From UHGV virus genome UHGV-0259702: 43,433 nucleotides of DNA. One strand, given 5' to 3'. This DNA comes from a virus. The position numbers and the translations under genes are program-made. The notes beneath the pieces were generated by a model. It was not told the origin of the DNA. It did no database searches and was given only the letters and a program-made list of their open reading frames with translations. Below are positions 8,544 through 17,425 of this stretch, piece by piece. The stretch's first letter is position 1; the number at the start of each line of letters is the position of its first letter.

Positions 8544-8619
8544 CTCAAAAATGAAATAAATTTCTTGAAAATAGAGTTGACAAACTCTGAAAAGGGGTGT
8601 ATTATGAGTTTACAAACTC
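8533..8619. promoter_or_regulatory. Three-operator genetic switch: 14-bp palindromes GAGTTnnnnAACTC at 8533-8546, 8574-8587 and 8606-8619
   Basis: GAGTTTATCAACTC, GAGTTGACAAACTC and GAGTTTACAAACTC. Centre-to-centre spacings are 41 and 32 bp. Operator 2 overlaps the -35 and operator 3 overlaps the -10/+1 of the rightward promoter. Confidence 0.65.
8577..8605 (+). promoter_or_regulatory. Early rightward promoter PR-like: TTGACA-17-TATTAT
   Basis: -35 TTGACA at 8577-8582 and -10 TATTAT at 8600-8605 with exact 17-nt spacing. Confidence 0.65.
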
Positions 8620-8646
8620 AAACAACACAAAAACCGAAAGCGAGGA

Positions 8647-8935
8647 AATGGAAATGGAAATAAAAGAAGAATTTGGATTTTACATTAGAAAGACAGTTGT
8701 AAAAAATCTGCTATCAGCTCACAGGAAGATAGCAGATCGTGGGAATGTGAAATCTCTTATTATTTTAACAAAATTTATTTTAAAGATTTCCAATCAATTC
8801 AATGATATGTTGATCGATCTTGAGCTTGAAGAAAATGACAACAGCTCTGATAAACCGCCTGACGCATTCTGGCGCTGTAATGCAGCCAAGGCCGGTTCCA
8901 AGCCCGGATTAAGAAATGCAGAGGACAGAATATAA
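8647..8935 (+). CDS. Hypothetical early protein (first gene of rightward operon; start uncertain, GTG 8597 or ATG 8647/8653)
   Basis: ORF track 8597-8935. ATG at 8647/8653 is preceded by GAGGAA. No recognisable HTH. Confidence 0.45.
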
Positions 8936-8951
8936 GGAAGGAGTGATAAGG

Positions 8952-9131
8952 ATGATTGTGGAGAAGAAGAAACTTGAATCTCTGGAAATCGACATCGAGA
9001 AAAGAATTTTCAAACTAAACGGAAAGGAAATGAAAGGAATTTCAAGGCTTGATATCGACTATGATAACGGAAGTTGGACACTGTTTGTAACTAAAGATGT
9101 AGTTTACTCGCAAGCAGTGTCCTGTAAGTAA
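8952..9131 (+). CDS. Hypothetical small early protein (59 aa)
   Basis: SD AAGGAGtgataaggATG. ORF track 8916-9131 with the internal ATG preferred. Confidence 0.4.
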   Translation: MIVEKKKLESLEIDIEKRIFKLNGKEMKGISRLDIDYDNGSWTLFVTKDVVYSQAVSCK

Positions 9132-9190
9132 ATTATAGGAGAGTCGGAAACAAATAACAATAAAGATTCAAAAAGAAAGAGGTGAGAAAG

Positions 9191-9613
9191 ATGTGGGTTT
9201 CAAGACGAAAATGGGATTGCTTGTTGTATCGCATCAAAAAGTGTGAAGATGACATCAAAATTCAGAAGGTAAATACGGAGAATTTGATCATAAATGCTAC
9301 GAAAAGAATTCTTGAACAACCAGAAGAGTTGCGCGAAGAAATTCATGGGGTTGAACGTACCGAAAAGTATATCGATGAGTTTATAGGTTTTGACGAAGAA
9401 AAAAAGGATAGAAAGATAAAAAAATTCGATGTATTGAAATCCATTACTAGAGAGGAAGAGTTTTCCAATATGATATTTGGCTTGATCGAAGTCAAAAAAA
9501 CTCCTGAAGCATTTGCGGAACTTCTTAAAGAAGAGATGCCTGAAAAAGAGCTACCTCATTTGAAAGAAGCAGCTCTTAATGGTTATCCGTTGTTTTTCTC
9601 AGGCATGCAGTGA
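9191..9613 (+). CDS. Hypothetical early protein (141 aa, charged/K-E rich)
   Basis: SD AGAGGTGAgaaagATG. ORF track 9182-9613. Confidence 0.5.
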   Translation: MWVSRRKWDCLLYRIKKCEDDIKIQKVNTENLIINATKRILEQPEELREEIHGVERTEKYIDEFIGFDEEKKDRKIKKFDVLKSITREEEFSNMIFGLIEVKKTPEAFAELLKEEMPEKELPHLKEAALNGYPLFFSGMQ

Positions 9614-9701
9614 GCGCATCCGTTTCTTTCGATGTTAAGCAAAAATAAAGCAATCCCGCCACGGAGGTTACGACGGCAGTAAAAATAGGAGGTAAAAGGT
9701 A

Positions 9702-10418
9702 TTGAACGAATTACAACAGAAATTAGACAGCCTGGAAGTGGCTGAGATGGTTGGGAAAGCCCACAACAAACTTATGAGAGATATAAGAGATTATATCGAT
9801 CAATTAGGAGAGTCCAAGATTGGACACACCGATTTCTTTTCGGAATCAACTTACACAACAGCTCAAAACAAAGTGTTGCCGTGCTACCTAATCACGAAAG
9901 AGGGATGCGAGTTCATCGCACACAAGCTTACAGGAGTAAAGGGAACGGAGTTCACAGCAAAATACATCAAACGGTTTCATGAGATGGAAAATATCATCAA
10001 AGAACACGTTCCACATGGCAAAGAACTTCTTGCACTGGCAGTACTTGAAGCGCAGAAAACCATTGAAGAACAGACAGCGCAAATTGAGGAAATGAAGCCA
10101 AAAGCGATATTTGCGGATGCTGTCGCTACCAGTCATACATCCATCTTAATCGGCGATCTGGCGAAGATTTTGAAACAGAACGGCGTTGAAACAGGGCAGA
10201 AGCGCTTATTTGAGTGGTTGCGTGAAAATGGGTATCTGAGTAAGAGAAAAGGAACGGAATGGAACTCGCCCACACAGAAATCCATGAATTTAGGATTGTT
10301 TGAGGTAAAAGAGACAACAGCTATGAATCCAGATGGTTCCGTTCGGATTAACAAAACCACAAAAGTAACCGGCAAAGGACAGCAGTATTTTATCAACAAA
10401 TTCCTGAATGTAGCATAG
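9702..10418 (+). CDS. Antirepressor: Rha-family N-terminal domain plus KilA-C/ANT C-terminal domain
   Basis: N-terminus VAEMVGKAHNKLMRDIR...GCEFIAHKLTG matches the phage regulatory protein Rha. C-terminus AIFADAVATSHTSILIGDLAKILKQNGVETGQKRLFEWLRENGYL matches the KilAC/ANT domain. TTG start with AGGAGGT SD. Confidence 0.8.
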   Translation: MNELQQKLDSLEVAEMVGKAHNKLMRDIRDYIDQLGESKIGHTDFFSESTYTTAQNKVLPCYLITKEGCEFIAHKLTGVKGTEFTAKYIKRFHEMENIIKEHVPHGKELLALAVLEAQKTIEEQTAQIEEMKPKAIFADAVATSHTSILIGDLAKILKQNGVETGQKRLFEWLRENGYLSKRKGTEWNSPTQKSMNLGLFEVKETTAMNPDGSVRINKTTKVTGKGQQYFINKFLNVA

Positions 10419-10427
10419 GAGGTACAC

Positions 10428-10583
10428 ATGAGCGAGAAAGAGAAAGAAATCATCAGAAAAGTAGCGCAGGCATTGCCAGATATGTCCGACATGAATAAAG
10501 GATATTTTCTCGGCTTCGCAGAAGCTATGGCATCACAGAAGAGTCAGAAAGAGGAAGAAAATGAAGAGAAAGAAGATGACTAG
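10428..10583 (+). CDS. Small acidic protein (51 aa)
   Basis: SD AGGAGGTacacATG. Acidic C-terminus EEENEEKEDD. Below the ORF-track size cutoff. Confidence 0.4.
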   Translation: MSEKEKEIIRKVAQALPDMSDMNKGYFLGFAEAMASQKSQKEEENEEKEDD

Positions 10584-10636
10584 GACAACATATCATGGAC
10601 AATCCGGTCTGCATACATATTAGAGAGGTGGTGTGA

Positions 10637-10774
10637 ATGACTATAAAAAACATTGTAGTAATCAACGGAAAAGAAGTGGAAGTCAAAGACTTGCCGGACG
10701 CTGAATTATTTGCAGAAAAATTAAACCGTAAAGCTCTGACAGCAAGAAATTACACGGAAGAGAAAACCGCTTAG
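10637..10774 (+). CDS. Small hypothetical protein (45 aa)
   Basis: SD GAGGTGGTGtgaATG. Confidence 0.3.
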   Translation: MTIKNIVVINGKEVEVKDLPDAELFAEKLNRKALTARNYTEEKTA

Positions 10775-10795
10775 GCGGTAGAAGGGAGGACAAGC

Positions 10796-10984
10796 ATGGA
10801 GATTAAAGGAACTTATCGCTGCCAGACCACCCAGCAGCCGAACGCATTAAACAGCTGGGACATCCGGTCAGTCTCCGTAGATCTGCCAGAAGAAGAGGGC
10901 AAGCCCTACTGGCATAAGGTTGCAGCAGCTGTGATCGGGTTCGTGCTGGCGTTGATCGGATGGTGGCTAGTGGTTGGGTATTAA
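10796..10984 (+). CDS. Small membrane protein (62 aa, C-terminal TM)
   Basis: SD GAAGGGAGGacaagcATG. C-terminus AAAVIGFVLALIGWWLVVGY. Confidence 0.45.
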   Translation: MEIKGTYRCQTTQQPNALNSWDIRSVSVDLPEEEGKPYWHKVAAAVIGFVLALIGWWLVVGY

Positions 10985-11070
10985 AAAAGAGTGCTGTCAC
11001 AGGGCGGCAACCCTCGAGCACTCAAGAAATTAGATCAGTTAAATTGTAGACGAAAAGGAGGAGTTTGTAA

Positions 11071-12501
11071 ATGAAAATTACGAAAATTAAGATCAAAAAT
11101 CTTTATGGAATTACAGAATACGAAGGGGACGGAAAGAGCGTAGAGCTTTCTGGAACAAATGGAGCAGGAAAATCTTCCGTGATTGATGCAATTCGGTACG
11201 CACTTACAAATAAGTCGAACCGTAAATATGTCGTCAGAAATGGAGAAACAGAGGGGGAAATTCTGATTGAAACAGATAACGGATTGAGAATCAATCGGAA
11301 GGCAAGAACGAATCAAGCTGATTACAAGAGTGTGAAGCAGAACGGTCATGAGGTTGGAAGCCCGGAAACATTTTTGAAAGATATTTTTACTCCGCTGCAA
11401 CTGTCACCAGTTGAATTTATGGAGAAATCCGAAAAAGAGCAGAATGCAATTTTACTCGACATGATCCAGTATGACTGGTCATTGCAGACAATTCGTGAAT
11501 GGTTTGGCGAAATTCCGGATTGGGTATCTTACGATCAGAATATCTTGCAAGTTTTGAATGATATACAGTCAGAAAACGGTATGTATTACAGAAATCGCCA
11601 GGATGTAAACCGTGATATCAGAAATAAAAGATCATTTATTGAGGATATCGCAGATTCGATTCCAGCCGGGTATGATGCAGAAAAGTGGGAAAATGAAAAT
11701 CTTGGACAGCTGTATCAGGAAATCGAGCGCATCAGAAAAGAAAATGAACAGATTGAGAAAGCAAAGAGATTTATTGATCAGAGGGACAACAAAGTCCGAT
11801 CATTTGAAGCGGATAAAGAGATTAAATTATCCGCATTGGAAAGGTCGTTTACTGCAGAGCGCGAACGCCTTTTGAAAGAAAATGAAAGGCTGCAGGCTCA
11901 GTTGAGAGAAAATCAATCAATGCTTACTGGTATGGAAGAGAGAAAAGCGGACAAAGCAGAAGTGATCGTAAAAGAATATGAAGCGAATGTTGCGAAATAT
12001 GACAGCTCTGTAGAAGAGTATAAGGAATTGTCTGAAAAAGAAGTGCAGGATTACTCGGAATTGCAGAATCAGGCATCTTATGCGGAAGAGATGAAATCCC
12101 ACTTGAATGAATATCGGCGAATGGTTGATCTGCAGAACGAAGTGGAGCGATTAAAAGCGGAATCCGAAGAATTTACGAAGAAAATCGAAAAGGCACGGTC
12201 TCTTCCTGGGGAAATTCTAGAAACTGCAACTATTCCAATTTCTGGCCTTACGGTTGTAAATGGCGTTCCACTGATTCACGGACTACCGATCAGCAATCTA
12301 TCAGACGGAGAAAAGCTTGATCTTTGTATTGACGTGGCGATTCAGAAGCCTAATGGACTGCAGATCATCCTGATTGATGGAGTGGAGAAAATGTCTACAA
12401 AAATGCGAACAGAGCTGTATCAGAAGTGCAAAGATAAAGGATTACAGTTTATTGCAACAAGGACAACAGATGAAGAAGATCTGACAGTGATTGAATTATA
12501 A
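11071..12501 (+). CDS. SbcC/RecF-like AAA ATPase with coiled-coil (phage recombination-associated)
   Basis: Walker A GTNGAGKSS. Long coiled-coil. ABC-type signature LSDGEKLDL. Walker B IILIDGVE. Immediately upstream of recT. Confidence 0.75.
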   Translation: MKITKIKIKNLYGITEYEGDGKSVELSGTNGAGKSSVIDAIRYALTNKSNRKYVVRNGETEGEILIETDNGLRINRKARTNQADYKSVKQNGHEVGSPETFLKDIFTPLQLSPVEFMEKSEKEQNAILLDMIQYDWSLQTIREWFGEIPDWVSYDQNILQVLNDIQSENGMYYRNRQDVNRDIRNKRSFIEDIADSIPAGYDAEKWENENLGQLYQEIERIRKENEQIEKAKRFIDQRDNKVRSFEADKEIKLSALERSFTAERERLLKENERLQAQLRENQSMLTGMEERKADKAEVIVKEYEANVAKYDSSVEEYKELSEKEVQDYSELQNQASYAEEMKSHLNEYRRMVDLQNEVERLKAESEEFTKKIEKARSLPGEILETATIPISGLTVVNGVPLIHGLPISNLSDGEKLDLCIDVAIQKPNGLQIILIDGVEKMSTKMRTELYQKCKDKGLQFIATRTTDEEDLTVIEL

Positions 12502-12512
12502 GGAGAATCGAT

Positions 12513-13148
12513 ATGGAAGAAATGATTGTAAAAGAGGAAAAACACGAATTGAGTCCATTTGCGGACAGCCAGAGTTTTCAGAAAATTTTTGATATTGGAA
12601 AAATGTTTGCTACATCGCAGCTGGTGCCACAGAATTACCAAGGCAAGCCGATGGATTGCACGATTGCAGTAGATATGGCGAATCGGATGGGGGTATCCCC
12701 TATGATGGTCATGCAGAACCTGTATGTTGTAAAAGGTAAGCCTACATGGAGTGGACAGGCTTGTATGAGTATGATCCGGGCAAGTGAAGAGTTTAAAAAT
12801 GTCCGTCTGGTATATTCCGGAGAACCGAACACTGACGGCAGAGGATGCAGAGTTGAAGCGGAATACAAAAGTGATGGAACGAAAGCGATTGGAACTACAG
12901 TGACAATAGGAATGGCCAAAGAGATGAAATGGTATGACAAGCCGGGAAGCTTATGGAAAACCATGCCGGAGCAGATGCTCATCTATAGAGCAGCGGCGTA
13001 TTTTGCCAGATCCTATATTCCTAATGCTCTTATGGGAATGCACGTTGAGGGAGAACCGGAGGACATTTGTGAAAATGAGAGAGAAACTGTAGAAAACCCG
13101 TTTGATTTTGAAGCTTCAGTGCAAGAAGCACAGGAGGTATTTGAATGA
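12513..13148 (+). CDS. recT: RecT-family single-strand annealing protein
   Basis: 211 aa. Family-like motifs (LVPQNYQGKP, MANRMGVSPMMVMQNLYVVKGKP). Synteny with ATPase and nuclease. Confidence 0.65.
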   Translation: MEEMIVKEEKHELSPFADSQSFQKIFDIGKMFATSQLVPQNYQGKPMDCTIAVDMANRMGVSPMMVMQNLYVVKGKPTWSGQACMSMIRASEEFKNVRLVYSGEPNTDGRGCRVEAEYKSDGTKAIGTTVTIGMAKEMKWYDKPGSLWKTMPEQMLIYRAAAYFARSYIPNALMGMHVEGEPEDICENERETVENPFDFEASVQEAQEVFE

Positions 13149-13942
13149 TTTTAACACAGGAAAATTATTACAGTAAAGAAGCAAATCAGGAGTATCTCAG
13201 TGTCTCGCAGTATAAGGATTTTTGCGGAACGATTGGGCGTGTTGGATGCGAGGAACAGGCACTTGCAAAGCTGAATGGTTACTGGGAGATGGAGAAAACA
13301 ACAGCACTTCTGGTTGGCTCTTATGTGGATTCGCATTTCGAGGGAACACTTGACTTGTTTAAGGCTCAGAATCCTGAGATATTTACAAGAAAAGGAGAGT
13401 TAAAGGCAGAGTACCGAAAAGCAGAAGAAATCATAAACCGAATCGAAAGAGACCCTTTATTTATGATGTTTATGAGTGGAGAAAAGCAGAAAATCTTTAC
13501 AGCTGATCTGTTTGGAGCGAAATGGAAAGTGAAGCTTGACAGCTATTTGCCCGGTAAATGCATCGTTGATTTGAAAGTAATGAAATCCCTGAGAGAAGCG
13601 CATTACGCAAAAGACATGGGATTGATGGACTTTGTGAGATTTTGGGGCTATGACATACAAGCTGCCGTATACCAAGAGGTAGTGAGGATCAATACAGGGG
13701 AGCGATTGCCGTTTTATATCGCAGCAGCCAGCAAGGAGAAAGTTCCAGATATCGAGATTATCCAGATTCCGCAGGAATGGATGAATGATTGCTTGTCTGG
13801 AATGGAGATGAATGTATCAAAGATTCTCTCTCTGAAAAACGGAGAGATCGATCCAATCCGTTGTGAAGTTTGTGACTGGTGTAAGTACACCAAAATACTA
13901 AAAGCGCCAATCTGGCCAGATAATTTGATAGGAGAAGTGTAG
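13145..13942 (+). CDS. PD-(D/E)XK nuclease, Cas4/RecB-like with C-terminal Cys cluster (recombination exonuclease partner of RecT)
   Basis: D...IVDLKVMK...YDIQAAVYQ core and CEVCDWCKY cysteine motif. Start overlaps recT stop (ATGA). Confidence 0.6.
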   Translation: MILTQENYYSKEANQEYLSVSQYKDFCGTIGRVGCEEQALAKLNGYWEMEKTTALLVGSYVDSHFEGTLDLFKAQNPEIFTRKGELKAEYRKAEEIINRIERDPLFMMFMSGEKQKIFTADLFGAKWKVKLDSYLPGKCIVDLKVMKSLREAHYAKDMGLMDFVRFWGYDIQAAVYQEVVRINTGERLPFYIAAASKEKVPDIEIIQIPQEWMNDCLSGMEMNVSKILSLKNGEIDPIRCEVCDWCKYTKILKAPIWPDNLIGEV

Positions 13943-14221
13943 ATGAAAAAGTCAGACACGATAGTGACAGAATACGTTGAGTTTTGCTTGATCTGCGGAA
14001 AACCATATAACATCCATGGACATCATTTGATCTGTGGAAGAGGGAGAAGACAGAACGGAACAAAGGACAAGTTGATTCTTCCGGTGTGCAGTGATTGTCA
14101 CGGGAAAATACACGAAAATAGTGTAAGCATGGCACTGTCGAAGATGGTAGGACAGGCAATCTATGAGCAGAACCATACACGAGAGGAATTTAGGGAACGA
14201 TATGGACAATCATATTTTTGA
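13943..14221 (+). CDS. HNH-like zinc-finger nuclease domain protein (92 aa)
   Basis: CLICG...HGHHLI...N...CSDCHGKIH resembles an HNH/His-Me finger. Confidence 0.4.
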   Translation: MKKSDTIVTEYVEFCLICGKPYNIHGHHLICGRGRRQNGTKDKLILPVCSDCHGKIHENSVSMALSKMVGQAIYEQNHTREEFRERYGQSYF

Positions 14222-14606
14222 AATCAGAGGGAAATTTTACAAAGGACATTGTTTCCCGGGTCTGAATGATTACATACATGAGATCGGGAAGAACCCGAAA
14301 GCAGGAAATCGAATGAAGCAACAGTATCAGATGATAGCCTGTAACGCCGTCAGGCTTGGCTTGAAGCGTTTTAAAACAGATAAGCCTATCATTCTGCACT
14401 ATACGTTTAAAGAGCCTAAAAAGGGCAATAAACGGGACAGAATGAATGTTTTCAGTTTTGCGGACAAGGTGATTGAAGACGCATTGCAGAAGTGTGGAGT
14501 AATCGTAAACGATGATCCGGCTCATGTCGTGAATACAACGCATGAGTTTGAGTATACAAGCGGAATCCCGTCAATCATTGTCCGAATTGAAGAGATAATG
14601 AGGTAG
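14202..14606 (+). CDS. rusA: RusA-family Holliday junction resolvase
   Basis: About 134 aa. DKVIEDALQKCGVIVNDDPAHVV acidic catalytic motif. ORF track 14163-14606, with ATG 14202 and AGGGAA SD preferred. Confidence 0.65.
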   Translation: MDNHIFEIRGKFYKGHCFPGLNDYIHEIGKNPKAGNRMKQQYQMIACNAVRLGLKRFKTDKPIILHYTFKEPKKGNKRDRMNVFSFADKVIEDALQKCGVIVNDDPAHVVNTTHEFEYTSGIPSIIVRIEEIMR

Positions 14607-14668
14607 AGAGCCTTGTTATAAATTGTAACCCGTTCATGTTCAGGTACGTCACACTACACTGAATACAT

Positions 14669-14690
14669 ATCCCGGGAGAAATCCCGGGAG
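14669..14690. repeat. Tandem direct repeat ATCCCGGGAG x2 (each with palindromic CCCGGG) upstream of the replisome-organizer gene
   Basis: ATCCCGGGAGaaATCCCGGGAG read directly. Confidence 0.5.
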
Positions 14691-14716
14691 GAAAGGAGTG
14701 AAAGACTCTAGGAACT

Positions 14717-15532
14717 ATGGCTAAAAAGTATTACTGGCTAAAACTGAAAAACAACTTTTTTAGTCAGCCGAAAATAAAAAAACTCAGAAAAATAGCCGGC
14801 GGGGATACTTACACGATCATATATCTGAAAATGCAGCTTTACAGTTTGGAAGATGATGGGAAGTTATATTTTGACGGCATCGAAGAGAATTTTGTAGAGG
14901 AAATGGCATTGAAGATAGATGAAGACCCGGAAAATGTAGGCGTTACAATTCAATTTTTGCTTGCGCAAGGACTTATGATTTTATGTGATGATAATGAGTA
15001 TTTAATGACAGAAACGCAAGAATCAATAGGGTCAGAAAGTGACTCCGCACAACGAGTTAGAGCGCATCGTGAGCGAAAAGCGTTACATTGTAACGATACA
15101 GTAACATTGTGTAACACAGAGAAAGAGATAGAGATAGAGATAGAGATAGAGAAAGAGAATAGAGATAGAGTAAAGAGAAAAGAGAAAGAAAAAGAGATAG
15201 AAGAGTTATTTGAGCGATTATGGAAAAAATATCCGGAGAAAAAAGGAAAAGGGCAGGTAAGTAAAAAGAGCAAGGAAAGGCTACTCGATATTGGCTACGA
15301 GCAATTCGAAAGAGCGATAAATCGCTATAAAGAAGATCTGAAAGAAAATAAATGGAGAAAACCACAATACGGCAGCACCTTTTTTAACACCGGATATGAA
15401 GATTATCTCGACAAAAATTATCAGCCACCAGAGAGGACGACAAAACCGCCGGTAAGCAGAAACCTAAACAACTTTGAGCGCAGGGGATACGACATGGACT
15501 CTCTGGAAGAGCAGCTGTTGAACTCAAATTAA
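14717..15532 (+). CDS. Phage replisome organizer / replication initiator (N-terminal domain family)
   Basis: YYWLKLKNNFFSQPKIKKL...GGDTYTIIYLKMQLYS matches the phage replisome organizer N-terminal region. Central EIEIEIEIE low-complexity stretch encoded by a DNA repeat. Confidence 0.75.
   Translation: MAKKYYWLKLKNNFFSQPKIKKLRKIAGGDTYTIIYLKMQLYSLEDDGKLYFDGIEENFVEEMALKIDEDPENVGVTIQFLLAQGLMILCDDNEYLMTETQESIGSESDSAQRVRAHRERKALHCNDTVTLCNTEKEIEIEIEIEKENRDRVKRKEKEKEIEELFERLWKKYPEKKGKGQVSKKSKERLLDIGYEQFERAINRYKEDLKENKWRKPQYGSTFFNTGYEDYLDKNYQPPERTTKPPVSRNLNNFERRGYDMDSLEEQLLNSN
15078..15215. repeat. Candidate origin/iteron region inside the replisome-organizer gene: palindrome CGTTACAaTGTAACG, GTAACA repeats, then a 100-bp purine tract with (GAGATA)n
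   Basis: cgttacattgtaacgatacagtaacattgtgtaacac followed by gagatagagatagagatagagatagag...aagagaaagaaaaagagatagaag, read directly. Confidence 0.45.
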
Positions 15533-15541
15533 GGAGGAACT

Positions 15542-16120
15542 ATGGAACCGAAGAAAGTAACAATAAATTACGCTCTGCTCTGCAAGGAATTGGAGAAGCA
15601 GGGCAAGACGAAAGAGAAATTCTCGGCAGAACTCGGGAGAAACAAGTCTTTTGTCTGCAATATGGCAAAGAACCCGGAACAGACAGAAGATTTTGAAAGG
15701 ACCATGTGTCTACTTCTCGGACTTGAACCGGGAAGTCTGATAAAAGAACCGGAAAAGAAGGGGATGACAGCAGCGCAGGCCCTTACGGTGATTCGGGATG
15801 AAATTTTAGAGAATCGCAGAATCATGCAGGAGAATTTTGAAAAGATCTGGAACAAGATGAACACCAACACCGTCCAACTGGAAAAGATCAAGGACAAGGT
15901 CAACACGATGTCGAAGACCGATTATGACAAGGCAGTGGAATGGTTAAGAGACAAGATGGAAGGTGGTCGCTATGACGGGGCGAAGCTGCTCATGGAGTCA
16001 GAAGCGGCAGGAATCAAACGGTCAGACATCATGAAAGCGAGAAACGAATTAAAAATAAAGATACAGACAACCGGATATGGGAAGAACTCGAAAGCATGGT
16101 GGAGTTTAGAAAGGGAGTAA
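15542..16120 (+). CDS. Hypothetical protein (192 aa)
   Basis: SD AAGGAGGaactATG. No recognised domain. Confidence 0.5.
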   Translation: MEPKKVTINYALLCKELEKQGKTKEKFSAELGRNKSFVCNMAKNPEQTEDFERTMCLLLGLEPGSLIKEPEKKGMTAAQALTVIRDEILENRRIMQENFEKIWNKMNTNTVQLEKIKDKVNTMSKTDYDKAVEWLRDKMEGGRYDGAKLLMESEAAGIKRSDIMKARNELKIKIQTTGYGKNSKAWWSLERE

Positions 16121-16122
16121 GC

Positions 16123-16251
16123 ATGGACAGAGGAAAATACAGCTTTAGCAGCCATAGAAAACAGTCTGCAGGATTCAAACCGGGCAATATGGCAGCGTTT
16201 ATGTACGGCAGCACAAAGCGGAAGAGGAAGAAAAGGGTGAGAGGAAAATGA
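16123..16251 (+). CDS. Small basic protein (42 aa)
   Basis: SD AAAGGGAGtaagcATG. Lys/Arg-rich C-terminus. Overlaps the next start (ATGA). Confidence 0.3.
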   Translation: MDRGKYSFSSHRKQSAGFKPGNMAAFMYGSTKRKRKKRVRGK

Positions 16252-16439
16252 CGAATAATGATTATTTGAACAACATAACAGGAGAAATGGATACACCAGA
16301 AATCTCCGCAGTGAAGATGATACTTACAAGAATAGATGAGGATTTAGAATACGATCTGTGCGAAGAAAACCGTGATAAATACCTGAATTTGTACAAGAGC
16401 CAAAAAGAGTGGCTGGAAAGAGAGGTTGAAAATGCGTAG
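16248..16439 (+). CDS. Hypothetical protein (63 aa)
   Basis: ORF track. Translationally coupled to its neighbours. Confidence 0.4.
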   Translation: MTNNDYLNNITGEMDTPEISAVKMILTRIDEDLEYDLCEENRDKYLNLYKSQKEWLEREVENA

Positions 16440-16626
16440 GCCAGCACACTTTCTTGATCCGTACCAGTTCCAGATCGAAGAGATGGTAAAACTCGGATGC
16501 TCGGATGAGCATATCCATAAAGTCTTGCATGACATCCAGAGATCGGAATTTACCAGAGATGATCTTATCCGGTACATGGATAAGACTGGGATCCGGAAAA
16601 GCAGAGTGGTAAAAGGGTGGACGTAG
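16432..16626 (+). CDS. Hypothetical protein (about 64 aa)
   Basis: ORF track 16426-16626. ATG at 16432 preceded by GAGAGG. Confidence 0.4.
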   Translation: MRRPAHFLDPYQFQIEEMVKLGCSDEHIHKVLHDIQRSEFTRDDLIRYMDKTGIRKSRVVKGWT

Positions 16627-16828
16627 GAACAGGTCTTTGAATGGGAGGACGTCTGCGGAAAGTTAAGGGAGAGATTTGGGTGCAAATGAAAAAAAAGAAA
16701 GAGAAACCAAAGAAAAAACGAAGTACATATCTGTTCTTCCTGCGGACGGGAAATTATTGGAGATTACGAGTACATAAAAACAAAGAGAGGAACGGAAATG
16801 TATTTCTGCAAAGGGATGAGGTGTAGAC

Positions 16829-17194
16829 GTGGGAAAAATGAAAGAAACACCGGAACAAATTGTTAGCAAATGTGTGAATAACATAGTCAGAGAGATAGCG
16901 AGATGGAAATGCATACAAGAGCATGGATGCAACGATCCATTCTGGCCGGATGGATGCAACATGAATCTTACAAGAAACCATATTATAAGCTACAAGCATG
17001 ATATACGGGAGATATGCGAAGCGAATAATATGCCACTCCCAGAGGGATATTACCTGCCAACGCCACCGGAAGTTGATAACAACTACATGGCGAGCCTAAA
17101 GCGGAAAGATAGAGTCAACAGGATGCGCCGGTGGGGAGTGAAGTTCTCGAAGAAAAAGACGGAATATGACTTGGAACAAATGAGTTTGTTTTAA
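16829..17194 (+). CDS. Hypothetical protein (121 aa, Cys-containing)
   Basis: ORF track. SD-like sequence upstream. Confidence 0.5.
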   Translation: MGKMKETPEQIVSKCVNNIVREIARWKCIQEHGCNDPFWPDGCNMNLTRNHIISYKHDIREICEANNMPLPEGYYLPTPPEVDNNYMASLKRKDRVNRMRRWGVKFSKKKTEYDLEQMSLF

Positions 17195-17208
17195 CGGAGG
17201 AATGAATA

Positions 17209-17403
17209 ATGGCGAAAACAGAGAGTAGCATGGAAGAAATTAGAGTCGGAGACATAGTGATGTGCGTTGAATACCCAGGTAATCCATGCGGAATAGTGGT
17301 TAAACAGTATCGTCCGACAGCATGCGGACAGCAGACAATGATTAAATGCAATGACGGGCGGTTATTCCACGCACCAACAAGTGATTTCAGGAAGATAAGG
17401 TGA
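17209..17403 (+). CDS. Hypothetical protein (64 aa)
   Basis: SD GGAGGAatgaataATG. Confidence 0.4.
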   Translation: MAKTESSMEEIRVGDIVMCVEYPGNPCGIVVKQYRPTACGQQTMIKCNDGRLFHAPTSDFRKIR

Positions 17404-17425
17404 TTGGAAGGAGAAAGGAATAATC

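Noticed and set aside
10985-11030. Hairpin GAGTGCT-21nt-AGCACTC after the small membrane protein gene
   Set aside because: It has no T-tract and the SbcC-like gene follows. It may be a processing site but the evidence is insufficient to call a terminator.
15121-15210. Regular GAGATA repeats as a possible CRISPR array or microsatellite artefact
   Set aside because: The units are 6 bp with no spacers and lie inside an intact ORF where they encode an EIEIE stretch. It is not CRISPR. It is kept only as an ori-like repeat.
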